Shown: positions 34,701 to 34,944 of the stretch, piece after piece
Position numbering within the stretch: position 1 is the stretch's first letter
How the letters are laid out: every line of letters starts with the position of its first letter
DNA from: Octopus bimaculoides
Taxonomy: Eukaryota
Assembly: GCF_001194135.2 (NCBI RefSeq)
Contig: NC_068985.1
Span: 94,848,021 to 94,882,964 of the forward strand
Length of the DNA stretch: 34,944 nucleotides
Direction of reading: 5' to 3'
Made by a program: the position numbers and the translations under genes
The notes under the pieces: generated by a model
Told to the model about the DNA's origin: nothing
Databases searched by the model: none
Seen by the model: only the letters and a program-made list of their open reading frames with translations

Positions 34701-34944
34701 AATGAAAGACCGAAAAGACTTCACTCTATTCTGAAAGAGAGCAAAAAATTCGCTACCGAACTCTTAGATACCCACCAGCTTGATCAGGTTGAAGGAAATA
34801 CGCCAACTGCTGCTGCAAAGAAAATAAAATTAATTGCAAAGACAAAAGCACATGAAAAATTAGCTAGCAGATGGGAACAGAAACCTCTGCATGGCAAGTA
34901 TGTGGCTCGTAGCAAACAAGCTGATGTCGACCAGAAACGCACGC
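34701..34944 (+). mobile_element. 5'-truncated, open-frame R4/Dong-clade retrotransposon running off the window
   Basis: 81 stop-free codons (NERPKRLHSILKESKKFATELL...AKTKAHEKLASRWEQKPLHGKYVARSKQADVDQKRT) include the WxxKPLHGxY motif. The frame starts immediately after (AAT)n at about 34678-34703. Confidence 0.85.

Noticed and set aside
1-34944. CRISPR arrays, rRNA and true tRNA genes
   Set aside because: There are no regularly spaced repeats with unique spacers. The tRNA-like A/B boxes belong to SINE heads without complete cloverleafs.

Overview
AT-rich eukaryotic non-coding DNA from a gapped draft assembly (11 N-gaps, about 5.0 kb, mostly flanked by microsatellites). The SINE families look like those I recall from Octopus genomes (recognition from memory, not a search). 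I cannot support any intact host protein-coding gene, and almost all ORF-track entries are microsatellite, gap or antisense artefacts. The window is a transposon graveyard: two tRNA-headed SINE families (about 14 copies), four R4/Dong-type non-LTR retrotransposon fragments tied to (AAT)n tracts, two decayed mariner elements, a Penelope GIY-YIG fragment, a Helitron Pif1-helicase fragment and several Penelope-type terminal-repeat remnants. The best leads are structural RNA signals: (1) a 51-nt minimal type I hammerhead ribozyme (28687-28737, minus strand) with a reciprocal G3-C8 core swap and a palindromic mini stem III; (2) two unrelated long foldback hairpins with about 115-bp arms (2370-2605 and 4588-4875); (3) a chain of three short, near-perfect inverted templated segments at 30.9-31.8 kb. 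All alignments and counts were done by hand, and degenerate element boundaries are approximate.
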